From Eledone cirrhosa (lineage: Eukaryota), in NCBI GenBank assembly GCA_964016885.1, contig OZ024741.1, forward strand, positions 24,180,001 through 24,244,000: a DNA stretch of 64,000 nt, written 5' to 3'. The translations under genes were made by a program, and so were the position numbers. Below are positions 47,001 through 62,000 of this stretch, in pieces. Each line of letters starts with the position of its first letter. Position 1 is the first letter of the stretch. The notes below the pieces were generated by a model that worked only from the letters and a program-made list of their open reading frames with translations, ran no database searches and was not told the origin of the DNA.

Positions 47001-50000
47001 CAGTACATATATAGTAAAAGACTGTGCTTCAGCCATGACCTAACCCTAATCCAGTACATATATAGTAAAAGACTGTGCTTCAGCTGTCACCTAAACCTAA
47101 TCTAGTACATATATAGTAAAAGACTGTGCTTCAGCCATGACCTAACCCTAATCCAGTACATATATAGTAAAAGACTGTGCTTCAGCTGTCACCTAAACCT
47201 AATCCAGTACATCTATAGTAAAAGACTGTGCTTCAGCAATGACCTAACCCTAATCCAGTACATATATAGTAAAAGACTGTGCTGCAGCCATGACCTAACC
47301 CTAATACAGTACATATATAGTAAAAGACTGTGTTCAGCTGTGACCTAACTCTAATCCAGTACATATATAGTAAAAGACTGTGCTGCAGCCATGACCTAAC
47401 CATAATCCAGTACATATATAGTAAAAGACTGTGCTTCAGCTGTCACCTAACCCTAATCCAGTACATATATAGTAAAAGACTGTGCTGCAGCCATGACCTA
47501 ACCCTAATCCAGTACATATATAGTAAAAGACTGTGCTTCAGCTGTCACCTAACCCTAATCCAGTACATATATAGTAAAAGACTGTGCTGCAGCCATGACC
47601 TAACCCTAATCCAGTACATATATAGTAAAAGACTGTGCTTCAGCTGTCACCTAACCCTAATCCAGTACATATATAGTAAAAGACTGTGCTTCAGCCATGA
47701 CCTAACCCTAATCCAGTACATATATAGTAAAAGACTGTGCTGCAGCCATGACCTAAACCTAATCCAGTACATATATAGTAAAAGACTTTGCTTCAGCTGT
47801 CACCTAACCCTAATCCAGTACATATATAGTAAGAGACTGTGCTTCAGCAGTCACATAACCCTGATCCAGTACATATATAGTAAAAGACTGTGCTTCAGCC
47901 ATGACCTAACCCTAATCCAGTACATATATAGTAAAAGGCTGTGTTTCAGCTGTCACCTAACTCTAATCCAGTACATATATAGTAAAAGACTGTGCTTCAG
48001 CTGTCACCTAACTCTAATCCAGTACATATATAGTAAAAGACTGTGCTTCAGCAATGACCTAACCATAATCCAGTACATCTATAGTAAAAGACTGTGCTTC
48101 AGCAATGACCTAACCATAATCCAGTACATCTATAGTAAAAGACTGTGCTTCAGCAATGACCTAACCATAATCCAGTACATATATAGTAAAAGACTGTGCT
48201 GCAGCTGTCACCTAACTCTAATCCAGTACATATATAGTAAAAGACTGTGCTTCAGCCATGACCTAACCCTAATCCAGTACATATATAGTAAAAGACTGTG
48301 CTTCAGCTGTCACCTAAACCTAATCCAGTACATCTATAGTAAAAGACTGTGCTTCAGCAATGACCTAACCCTAATCCAGTACATATATAGTAAAAGACTG
48401 TGCTGCAGCCATGACCTAACCCTAATACAGTACATATATAGTAAAAGACTGTGTTTCAGCTGTGACCTAACTCTAATCCAGTACATATATAGTAAAAGAC
48501 TGTGCTGCAGCCATGACCTAACCATAATCCAGTACATATATAGTAAAAGACTGTGCTTCAGCTGTCACCTAACCCTAATCCAGTACATATATAGTAAAAG
48601 ACTGTGCTGCAGCCATGACCTAACCCTAATCCAGTACATATATAGTAAAAGACTGTGTTTCAGCTGTGACCTAACTCTAATCCAGTACATATATAGTAAA
48701 AGACTGTGCTGCAGCCATGACCTAACCATAATCCAGTACATATATAGTAAAAGACTGTGCTTCAGCTGTCACCTAACCCTAATCCAGTACATATATAGTA
48801 AAAGACTGTGCTGCAGCCATGACCTAACCCTAATCCAGTACATATATAGTAAAAGACTGTGTTTCAGCTGTGACCTAACTCTAATCCAGTACATATATAG
48901 TAAAAGACTGTGCTGCAGCCATGACCTAACCATAATCCAGTACATATATAGTAAAAGACTGTGCTTCAGCTGTCACCTAACCCTAATCCAGTACATATAT
49001 AGTAAAAGACTGTGCTGCAGCCATGACCTAACCCTAATCCAGTACATATATAGTAAAAGACTGTGTTTCAGCTGTGACCTAACTCTAATCCAGTACATAT
49101 ATAGTAAAAGACTGTGCTGCAGCCATGACCTAACCATAATCCAGTACATATATAGTAAAAGACTGTGCTTCAGCTGTCACCTAACCCTAATCCAGTACAT
49201 ATATAGTAAAAGACTGTGCTGCAGCCATGACCTAACCCTAATACAGTACATATATAGTAAAAGACTGTGTTTCAGCTGTGACCTAACTCTAATCCAGTAC
49301 ATATATAGTAAAAGACTGTGCTGCAGCCATGACCTAACCATAATCCAGTACATATATAGTAAAAGACTGTGCTTCAGCTGTCACCTAACCCTAATCCAGT
49401 ACATATATAGTAAAAGACTGTGCTGCAGCCATGACCTAACCCTAATCCAGTACATATATAGTAAAAGACTGTGTTTCAGCTGTGACCTAACTCTAATCCA
49501 GTACATATATAGTAAAAGACTGTGCTGCAGCCATGACCTAACCATAATCCAGTACATATATAGTAAAAGACTGTGCTTCAGCTGTCACCTAACCCTAATC
49601 CAGTACATATATAGTAAAAGACTGTGCTGCAGCCATGACCTAACCCTAATCCAGTACATATATAGTAAAAGACTGTGCTTCAGCTGTCACCTAACCCTAA
49701 TCCAGTACATATATAGTAAAAGACTGTGCTGCAGCCATGACCTAACCCTAATCCAGTACATATATAGTAAAAGACTGTGCTTCAGCTGTCACCTAACCCT
49801 AATCCAGTACATATATAATAAAAGACTGTGCTGCAGCCATGACCTAACCCTAATCCAGTACATATATAGTAAAAGACTGTGCTTCAGCTGTCACCTAACC
49901 CTAATCCAGTACATATATAGTAAAAGACTGTGCTTCAGCTGTCACCTAAACCTAATCCAGTACATATATAGTAAAAGACTTTGCTTCAGCTGTCACCTAA

Positions 50001-53000
50001 CCCTAATCCAGTACATATATAGTAAGAGACTGTGCTTCAGCAGTCACATAACCCTGATCCAGTACATATATAGTAAAAGACTGTGCTTCAGCCATGACCT
50101 AACCCTAATCCAGTACATATATAGTAAAAGGCTGTGTTTCAGCTGTCACCTAACTCTAATCCAGTACATATATAGTAAAAGACTGTGCTTCAGCTGTCAC
50201 CTAACTCTAATCCAGTACATATATAGTAAAAGACTGTGCTTCAGCAATGACCTAACCATAATCCAGTACATCTATAGTAAAAGACTGTGCTTCAGCAATG
50301 ACCTAACCATAATCCAGTACATCTATAGTAAAAGACTGTGCTTCAGCAATGACCTAACCATAATCCAGTACATATATAGTAAAAGACTGTGCTGCAGCTG
50401 TCACCTAACTCTAATCCAGTACATATATAGTAAAAGACTGTGCTTCAGCCATGACCTAACCCTAATCCAGTACATATATAGTAAAAGACTGTGCTTCAGC
50501 TGTCACCTAACTCTAATCCAGTACATATATAGTAAAAGACTGTGCTTCAGCCATGACCTAACCCTAATCCAGTACATATATAGTAAAAGACTGTGCTTCA
50601 GCTGTCACCTAACTCTAATCCAGTACATATATAGTAAAAGACTGTGCTTCAGCCATGACCTAACCCTAATCCAGTACATATATAGTAAAAGACTGTGCTG
50701 CAGCTGTCACCTAACTCTAATCCAGTACATATATAGTAAAAGACTGTGCTTCAGCCATGACCTAACCCTAATCCAGTACATATATAGTAAAAGACTGTGC
50801 TTCAGCTGTCACCTAACTCTAATCCAGTACATATATAGTAAAAGACCGTGCCTCAGCCATGACCTAACTCTAATCCAGTACATATATAGTAAAAGACTGT
50901 GCTTCAGCTGTCACCTAACTGTAATCCAGTACATATATAGTAAAAGACTGTGCTTCAGCTGTCACCTAAACCTAATCCAGTACATATATAGTAAAAGACT
51001 GTGCTTCAGCCATGACCTAACCCTAATCCAGTACATATATAGTAAAAGACTGTGCTTCAGCCATGACCTAACCCTAATCCAGTACATATATAGTAAAAGA
51101 CTGTGCTTCAGCTGTCACCTAAACCTAATCTAGTACATATATAGTAAAAGACTGTGCTTCAGCCATGACCTAACCCTAATCCAGTACATATATAGTAAAA
51201 GACTGTGCTTCAGCCATGACCTAACCCTAATCCAGTACATATATAGTAAAAGACTGTGCTTCAGCTGTCACCTAAACCTAATCTAGTACATATATAGTAA
51301 AAGACTGTGCTTCAGCCATGACCTAACCCTAATCCAGTACATATATAGTAAAAGACTGTGCTTCAGCTGTCACCTAAACCTAATCCAGTACATCTATAGT
51401 AAAAGACTGTGCTTCAGCTGTCACCTAACTGTAATCCAGTACATATATAGTAAAAGACTGTGCTTCAGCCATGACCTAACCCTAATCCAGTACATATATA
51501 GTAAAAGACTGTGCTGCAGCTGTCACCTAACTCTAATCCAGTACATATATAGTAAAAGACTGTGCTTCAGCCATGACCTAACCCTAATCCAGTACATATA
51601 TAGTAAAAGACTGTGCTGCAGCTGTCACCTAACTCTAATCCAGTACATATATAGTAAAAGACTGTGCTTCAGCCATGACCTAACCCTAATCCAGTACATA
51701 TATAGTAAAAGACTGTGCTGCAGCTGTCACCTAACTCTAATCCAGTACATATATAGTAAAAGACTGTGCTTCAGCCATGACCTAACCCTAATCCAGTACA
51801 TATATAGTAAAAGACTGTGCTTCAGCTGTCACCTAACTCTAATCCAGTACATATATAGTAAAAGACCGTGCCTCAGCCATGACCTAACTCTAATCCAGTA
51901 CATATATAGTAAAAGACTGTGCTTCAGCTGTCACCTAACTGTAATCCAGTACATATATAGTAAAAGACTGTGCTTCAGCTGTCACCTAAACCTAATCCAG
52001 TACATATATAGTAAAAGACTGTGCTTCAGCCATGACCTAACCCTAATCCAGTACATATATAGTAAAAGACTGTGCTTCAGCCATGACCTAACCCTAATCC
52101 AGTACATATATAGTAAAAGACTGTGCTTCAGCTGTCACCTAAACCTAATCTAGTACATATATAGTAAAAGACTGTGCTTCAGCCATGACCTAACCCTAAT
52201 CCAGTACATATATAGTAAAAGACTGTGCTTCAGCCATGACCTAACCCTAATCCAGTACATATATAGTAAAAGACTGTGCTTCAGCTGTCACCTAAACCTA
52301 ATCTAGTACATATATAGTAAAAGACTGTGCTTCAGCCATGACCTAACCCTAATCCAGTACATATATAGTAAAAGACTGTGCTTCAGCCATGACCTAACCC
52401 TAATCCAGTACATATATAGTAAAAGACTGTGCTTCAGCTGTCACCTAAACCTAATCTAGTACATATATAGTAAAAGACTGTGCTTCAGCCATGACCTAAC
52501 CCTAATCCAGTACATATATAGTAAAAGACTGTGCTTCAGCTGTCACCTAAACCTAATCTAGTACATATATAGTAAAAGACTGTGCTTCAGCCATGACCTA
52601 ACCCTAATCCAGTACATATATAGTAAAAGACTGTGCTTCAGCCATGACCTAACCCTAATCCAGTACATATATAGTAAAAGACTGTGCTTCAGCTGTCACC
52701 TAAACCTAATCTAGTACATATATAGTAAAAGACTGTGCTTCAGCCATGACCTAACCCTAATCCAGTACATATATAGTAAAAGACTGTGCTTCAGCTGTCA
52801 CCTAAACCTAATCCAGTACATATATAGTAAAAGACTGTGCTTCAGCCATGACCTAACCCTAATCCAGTACATATATAGTAAAAGACTGTGCTTCAGCTGT
52901 CACCTAAACCTAATCCAGTACATATATAGTAAAAGACTGTGCTTCAGCAATGACCTAACCCTAATCCAGTACATATATAGTAAAAGACTGTGCTGCAGCC

Positions 53001-56000
53001 ATGACCTAACCCTAATACAGTACATATATAGTAAAAGACTGTGTTTCAGCTGTGACCTAACTCTAATCCAGTACATATATAGTAAAAGACTGTGCTGCAG
53101 CCATGACCTAACCATAATCCAGTACATATATAGTAAAAGACTGTGCTTCAGCTGTCACCTAACCCTAATCCAGTACATATATAGTAAAAGACTGTGCTGC
53201 AGCCATGACCTAACCCTAATCCAGTACATATATAGTAAAAGACTGTGCTTCAGCTGTCACCTAACCCTAATCCAGTACATATATAGTAAAAGACTGTGCT
53301 TCAGCTGTCACCTAACCCTAATCCAGTACATATATAGTAAAAGACTGTGCTGCAGCCATGACCTAACCCTAATCCAGTACATATATAGTAAAAGACTGTG
53401 CTTCAGCTGTCACCTAACCCTAATCCAGTACATATATAGTAAAAGACTGTGCTTCAGCTGTCACCTAACCCTAATCCAGTACATATATAGTAAAAGACTG
53501 TGCTTCAGCCATGACCTAAACCTAATCCAGTACATATATAGTAAAAGACTGTGCTTCAGCCATGACCTAAACCTAATCCAGTACATATATAGTAAAAGAC
53601 TGTGCTTCAGCTGTCACCTAACCCTAATCCAGTACATATATAGTAAAAGACTGTGCTTCAGCTGTCACCTAACCCTAATCCAGTACATATATAGTAAAAG
53701 ACTGTGCTTCAGCCATGACCTAAACCTAATCCAGTACATATATAGTAAAAGACTGTGCTTCAGCTGTCACCTAACTCTAATCCAGTACATATATAGTAAA
53801 AGACTGTGCTTCAGCTGTCACCTAACTCTAATCCAGTACATATATAGTAAAAGACTGTGCTTCAGCCATGACCTAACCCTAATCCAGTACATATATAGTA
53901 AAAGACTGTGCTTCAGCTGTCACCTAACTCTAATCCAGTACATATATAGTAAAAGACTGTGCTTCAGCCATGACCTAACCCTAATCCAGTACATATATAG
54001 TAAAAGACTGTGCTGCAGCTGTCACCTAACTCTAATCCAGTACATATATAGTAAAAGACTGTGCTTCAGCTGTCACCTAACTCTAATCCAGTACATATAT
54101 AGTAAAAGACTGTGCTGCAGCTGTCACCTAACTCTAACCCAGTACATATATAGTAAAAGACTGTGCTTCAGCCATGACCTAACCCTAATCCAGTACATAT
54201 ATAGTAAAAGACTGTGCTTCAGCTGTCACCTAACTCTAATCCAGTACATATATAGTAAAAGACCGTGCCTCAGCCATGACCTAACTCTAATCCAGTACAT
54301 ATATAGTAAAAGACTGTGCTTCAGCCATGACCTAACCCTAATCCAGTACATATATAGTAAAAGACCGTGCCTCAGCCATGACCTAACTCTAATCCAGTAC
54401 ATATATAGTAAAAGACTGTGCTTCAGCCATGACCTAACCCTAATCCAGTACATATATAGTAAAAGACCGTGCCTCAGCCATGACCTAACTCTAATCCAGT
54501 ACATATATAGTAAAAGACTGTGCTTCAGCCATGACCTAACCCTAATCCAGTACATATATAGTAAAAGACTGTGCTTCAGCCATGACCTAACCCTAATCCA
54601 GTACATATATAGTAAAAGACTGTGCTTCAGCCATGACCTAACCCTAATCCAGTACATATATAGTAAAAGACTGTGCTTCAGCCATGACCTAACCCTAATC
54701 CAGTACATATATAGTAAAAGACTGTGCTGCAGCTGTCACCTAACTCTAATCCAGTACATATATAGTAAAAGACTGTGCTTCAGCTGTCACCTAACTCTAA
54801 TCCAGTACATATATAGTAAAAGACTGTGCTGCAGCTGTCACCTAACTCTAACCCAGTACATATATAGTAAAAGACTGTGCTTCAGCCATGACCTAACCCT
54901 AATCCAGTACATATATAGTAAAAGACTGTGCTTCAGCTGTCACCTAACTCTAATCCAGTACATATATAGTAAAAGACCGTGCCTCAGCCATGACCTAACC
55001 CTAATCCAGTACATATATAGTAAAAGACTGTGCTTCAGCTGTCACCTAACTCTAATCCAGTACATATATAGTAAAAGACTGTGCTGCAGCCATGACCTAA
55101 CCCTAATCCAGTACATATATAGTAAAAGACTGTGCTTCAGCTGTCACCTAATTGTAATCCAGTACATATATAGTAAAAGACTGTGCTTCAGCTGTCACCT
55201 AACCCTAATCCAGTACATATATAGTAAAAGACTGTGCTTCAGCTGTCACCTAACCCTAATCCAGTACATATATAGTAAAAGACCGTGCCTCAGCCATGAC
55301 CTAACTCTAATCCAGTACATATATAGTAAAAGACTGTGCTTCAGCTGTCACCTAATTGTAATCCAGTACATATATAGTAAAAGACTGTGCTTCAGCTGTC
55401 ACCTAACCCTAATCCAGTACATATATAGTAAAAGACTTTGCTTCAGCTGTCACCTAACCCTAATCCAGTACATATATAGTAAGAGACTGTGCTTCAGCAG
55501 TCACATAACCCTGATCCAGTACATATATAGTAAAAGACTGTGCTTCAGCCATGACCTAACCCTAATCCAGTACATATATAGTAAAAGGCTGTGTTTCAGC
55601 TGTCACCTAACTCTAATCCAGTACATATATAGTAAAAGACTGTGCTTCAGCTGTCACCTAACTCTAATCCAGTACATATATAGTAAAAGACTGTGCTTCA
55701 GCTGTCACCTAACCCTAATCCAGTACATATATAGTAAAAGACTGTGCTTCAGCCATGACCTAACCCTAATCCAGTACATATATAGTAAAAGACAGTGCCT
55801 CAGCTGTCACCTAACCCTAATCCAGTACATATATAGTAAAAGACTGTGCTTCAGCTGTCACCTAACCCTAATCCAGTACATATATAGTAAAAGACTGTGC
55901 TTCAGCTGTCACCTAACCCTAATCCAGTACATATATAGTAAAAGACTGTGCTTCAGCTGTCACATAAACCTAATCCAGTACATATATAGTAAAAGACTGT

Positions 56001-59000
56001 GCTTCAGCTGTCACCTAACCCTAATCCAGTATATATATAGTAAAAGACTGTGCTTCAGCCATGACCTAACTCTAATCCAGTACATATATAGTAAAAGACT
56101 GTGCTTCAGCTGTCACCTAACTGTAATCCAGTACATATATAGTAAAAGACTGTGCTTCAGCTGTCACCTAACTCTAATCCAGTACATATATAGTAAATGA
56201 CTGTGCTTCAGCTGTCACCTAACTGTAATCCAGTACATATATAGTAAAAGACTGTGCTTCAGCTGTGACCTAACCCTAATCCAGTACATATATAGTAAAA
56301 GACTGTGCTTCAGCTGTGACCTAACCCTAATCCAGTACATATATAGTAAAAGACTGTGCTGCAGCCATGACCTAACCCTAATCCAGTAAATATATAGTAA
56401 AAGACTGTGCTTCAGCTGTCACCTAACTCTAATCCAGTACATATATAGTAAAAGACTGTGCTTCAGCTGTGACCTAACCCTAATCCAGTACATATATAGT
56501 AAAAGACTGTTCTTCAGCTGTCACCTAAACCTAATCTAGTACATATATAGTAAAAGACTGTGCTTCAGCCATGACCTAACCCTAATCCAGTACATATATA
56601 GTAAAAGACTGTGCTTCAGCTGTCACCTAAACCTAATCCAGTACATCTATAGTAAAAGACTGTGCTTCAGCAATGACCTAACCCTAATCCAGTACATATA
56701 TAGTAAAAGACTGTGCTGCAGCCATGACCTAACCCTAATCCAGTACATATATAGTAAAAGACTGTGCTTCAGCTGTGACCTAACTCTAATCCAGTACATA
56801 TATAGTAAAAGACTGTGCTGCAGCCATGACCTAACCCTAATCCAGTACATATATAGTAAAAGACCGTGCTTCAGCTGTCACCTAACTCTAATCCAGTACA
56901 TATATAGTAAAAGACTGTGCTGCAGCCATGACCTAACCCTAATCCAGTACATATATAGTAAAAGACCGTGCTTCAGCTGTGACCTAACTCTAATCCAGTA
57001 CATATATAGTAAAAGACTGTGCTGCAGCCATGACCTAACCCTAATACAGTACATATATAGTAAAAGACTGTGCTTCAGCTGTCACCTAACCCTAATCCAG
57101 TACATATATAGTAAAAGACTGTGCTTCAGCCATAACCTAACCCTAATCCAGTACATATATAGTAAAAGACTGTGCTTCAGCTGTCACCTAACCCTAATCC
57201 AGTAAATATATAGTAAAAGACTTTGCTTCAGCTGTCACCTAACCCTAATCCAGTACATATATAGTAAAAGACTGTGCTTCAGCTGTCACATAACCCTAAT
57301 CCAGTACATATATAGTAAAAGACAGTGCCTCAGCTGTCACCTAACCCTAATCCAGTACATATATAGTAAAAGACTGTGCTTCAGCTGTGACCTAACCCTA
57401 ATCCAGTACATATATAGTAAAAGACTGTGCTTCAGCCATGACCTAACCCTAATCCAGTACATATATAGTAAAAGACTGTGCTTCAGCTGTCACCTAACTC
57501 TAATCCAGTACATATATAGTAAAAGACCGTGCCTCAGCCATGACCTAACTCTCATCCAGTACATATATAGTAAAAGACTGTGCTTCAGCTGTCACCTAAC
57601 TGTAATCCAGTACATATATAGTAAAAGACTGTGCTTCAGCTGTCACCTAACCCTAATCCAGTACATATATAGTAAAAGACTGTGCTTCAGCTATGACCTA
57701 ACTCTAATCCAGTACATATATAGTAAAAGACTGTGCTTCAGCTGTCACATAAACCTAATCCAGTACATATATAGTAAAAGACTGTGCTTCAGCTGTCACC
57801 TAACCCTAATCCAGTATATATATAGTAAAAGACTGTGCTTCAGCCATGACCTAACTCTAATCCAGTACATATATAGTAAAAGACTGTGCTTCAGCTGTCA
57901 CCTAACTGTAATCCAGTACATATATAGTAAAAGACTGTGCTTCAGCTGTCACCTAACTCTAATCCAGTACATATATAGTAAATGACTGTGCTTCAGCTGT
58001 CACCTAACTGTAATCCAGTACATATATAGTAAAAGACTGTGCTTCAGCTGTGACCTAACCCTAATCCAGTACATATATAGTAAAAGACTGTGCTTCAGCT
58101 GTGACCTAACCCTAATCCAGTACATATATAGTAAAAGACTGTGCTGCAGCCATGACCTAACCCTAATCCAGTACATATATAGTAAAAGACTGTGCTTCAG
58201 CTGTCACCTAACTCTAATCCAGTACATATATAGTAAAAGACTGTGCTTCAGCTGTGACCTAACCCTAATCCAGTACATATATAGTAAAAGACTGTGCTGC
58301 AGCCATGACCTAACCCTAATCCAGTAAATATATAGTAAAAGACTGTGCTTCAGCTGTCACCTAACTCTAATCCAGTACATATATAGTAAAAGACTGTGCT
58401 TCAGCTGTGACCTAACCCTAATCCAGTACATATATAGTAAAAGACTGTTCTTCAGCTGTCACCTAAACCTAATCTAGTACATATATAGTAAAAGACTGTG
58501 CTTCAGCCATGACCTAACCCTAATCCAGTACATATATAGTAAAAGACTGTGCTTCAGCTGTCACCTAAACCTAATCCAGTACATCTATAGTAAAAGACTG
58601 TGCTTCAGCAATGACCTAACCCTAATCCAGTACATATATAGTAAAAGACTGTGCTGCAGCCATGACCTAACCCTAATCCAGTACATATATAGTAAAAGAC
58701 TGTGCTTCAGCTGTGACCTAACTCTAATCCAGTACATATATAGTAAAAGACTGTGCTGCAGCCATGACCTAACCCTAATCCAGTACATATATAGTAAAAG
58801 ACCGTGCTTCAGCTGTCACCTAACTCTAATCCAGTACATATATAGTAAAAGACTGTGCTGCAGCCATGACCTAACCCTAATCCAGTACATATATAGTAAA
58901 AGACCGTGCTTCAGCTGTGACCTAACTCTAATCCAGTACATATATAGTAAAAGACTGTGCTGCAGCCATGACCTAACCCTAATACAGTACATATATAGTA

Positions 59001-62000
59001 AAAGACTGTGCTTCAGCTGTCACCTAACCCTAATCCAGTACATATATAGTAAAAGACTGTGCTTCAGCCATAACCTAACCCTAATCCAGTACATATATAG
59101 TAAAAGACTGTGCTTCAGCTGTCACCTAACCCTAATCCAGTAAATATATAGTAAAAGACTTTGCTTCAGCTGTCACCTAACCCTAATCCAGTACATATAT
59201 AGTAAAAGACTGTGCTTCAGCTGTCACATAACCCTAATCCAGTACATATATAGTAAAAGACAGTGCCTCAGCTGTCACCTAACCCTAATCCAGTACATAT
59301 ATAGTAAAAGACTGTGCTTCAGCTGTGACCTAACCCTAATCCAGTACATATATAGTAAAAGACTGTGCTTCAGCCATGACCTAACCCTAATCCAGTACAT
59401 ATATAGTAAAAGACTGTGCTTCAGCTGTCACCTAACTCTAATCCAGTACATATATAGTAAAAGACCGTGCCTCAGCCATGACCTAACTCTCATCCAGTAC
59501 ATATATAGTAAAAGACTGTGCTTCAGCTGTCACCTAACTGTAATCCAGTACATATATAGTAAAAGACTGTGCTTCAGCTGTCACCTAACCCTAATCCAGT
59601 ACATATATAGTAAAAGACTGTGCTTCAGCTATGACCTAACCCTAATCCAGTACATATATAGTAAAAGACTGTGCTTCAGCCATGACCTAACCCTAATCCA
59701 GTACATATATAGTAAAAGACTGTGCTTCAGCTGTCACCTAAACCTAATCTAGTACATATATAGTAAAAGACTGTGCTTCAGCCATGACCTAACCCTAATC
59801 CAGTACATATATAGTAAAAGACTGTGCTTCAGCCATGACCTAACCCTAATCCAGTACATATATAGTAAAAGACTGTGCTTCAGCTGTCACCTAAACCTAA
59901 TCTAGTACATATATAGTAAAAGACTGTGCTTCAGCCATGACCTAACCCTAATCTAGTACATATATAGTAAAAGACTGTGCTTCAGCTGTCACCTAAACCT
60001 AATCCAGTACATCTATAGTAAAAGACTGTGCTTCAGCAATGACCTAACCCTAATCCAGTACATATATAGTAAAAGACTGTGCTGCAGCCATGACCTAACC
60101 CTAATATAGTACATATATAGTAAAAGACTGTTCTTCAGCTGTGACCTAACTCTAATCCAGTACATATATAGTAAAAGACTGTGCTGCAGCCATGACCTGA
60201 CCATAATCCAGTACATATATAGTAAAAGACTGTGCTTCAGCTGTGACCTAACCCTAATCCAGTACATATATAGTAAAAGACTGTGCTGCAGCCATGACCT
60301 AACCCTAATCCAGTACATATATAGTAAAAGACTGTGCTTCAGCTGTCACCTAACCCTAATCCAGTACATATATAGTAAAAGACTGTGCTTCAGCTGTCAC
60401 CTAACCCTAATCCAGTATATATATAGTAAAAGACTGTGCTTCAGCCATGACCTAACTCTAATCCAGTACATATATAGTAAAAGACTGTGCTTCAGCTGTC
60501 ACCTAACTGTAATCCAGTACATATATAGTAAAAGACTGTGCTTCAGCTGTCACCTAACTCTAATCCAGTACATATATAGTAAATGACTGTGCTTCAGCTG
60601 TCACCTAACTGTAATCCAGTACATATAGAGTAAAAGACTGTGCTTCAGCTGTCACCTAACCCTAATCCAGTACATATATAGTAAAAGACTGTGCTTCAGC
60701 CATGACCTAACCCTAATCCAGTACATATATAGTAAAAGACTGTGCTTCAGCTGTCACCTAACCCTAATCCAGTACATATATAGTAAAAGACTGTGCTTCA
60801 GCCATGACCTAACCCTAATCCAGTACATATATAGTAAAAGACAGTGCCTCAGCTGTCACCTAACCCTAATCCAGTACATATATAGCAAAAGACTGTGCTT
60901 CAGCTGTCACCTAACCCTAATCCAGTACATATATAGTAAAAGACTGTGCTTCAGCTGTCACCTAACCCTAATCCAGTACATATATAGTAAAAGACTGTGC
61001 TTCAGCCATGACCTAACCCTAATGCAGTACATATATAGTAAAAGACTGTGCTTCAGCTGTCACATAACCTTAATCCAGTATATATATAGTAAAAGACTGT
61101 GCTTCAGCTGTGACCTAACCCTATTCCAGTACATATATAGTAAAAGACTGGGCTTCAGCTGTCACCTAACCCTAATCCAGTACATATATAGTAAAAGACT
61201 GTGCTTCAGCCATGACCTAACCCTAATCCAGTACATATATAGTAAAAGACTGTGCTTCAGCTGTCACCTAACCCTAATGCAGTACATATATAGTAAAAGA
61301 CTGTGCTTCAGCCATGACCTAACCCTAATCCAGTACATATATAGTAAAAGACTGTGCTTCAGCTGTCACTTAACTCTAATCCAGTACATATATAGTAAAA
61401 GACTGTGCTTCAGCTGTCACCTAACTCTAATCCAGTACATATATAGTAAAAGACCGTGCCTCAGCCATGACCTAACTCTAATCCAGTACATATATAGTAA
61501 AAGACTGTGCTTCAGCTGTCACCTAACTGTAATCCAGTACATATATAGTAAAAGGCTGTGCTTCAGCTGTCACCTAACCCTAATCCAGTACATATATAGT
61601 AAAAGACTGTGCTTCAGCCATGACCTAACCCTAATCCAGTACATATATAGTAAAAGACTGTGCTTCAGCAGTCACCTAACCCTAATCCAGTACATATATA
61701 GTAAAAGACTGTGCTTCAGCCATGACCTAACCCTAATCCAGTACATATATAGTAAAAGACAGTGCCTCAGCTGTCACCTAACCCTAATCCAGTACATATA
61801 TAGTAAAAGACTGTGCTTCAGCCATGACCTAACCCTAATCCAGTACATATATAGTAAAAGACAGTGCCTCAGCTGTCACCTAACCCTAATCCAGTACATA
61901 TATAGTAAAAGACTGTGCTTCAGCTGTCACCTAACCCTAATCCAGTACATATATAGTAAAAGACTGTGCTTCAGCTGTCACCTAACCCTAATCCAGTACA

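Noticed and set aside
41043-60318. Long satellite ORFs as genes, or as decayed C2H2 fingers (HLTLIQYIYSKRLC vs HLTxHxRIHTGEKP)
   Set aside because: The period is 17 aa rather than 28, there is no CxxC/HxxxH spacing, the starts are non-ATG, and stops recur. The resemblance is superficial.
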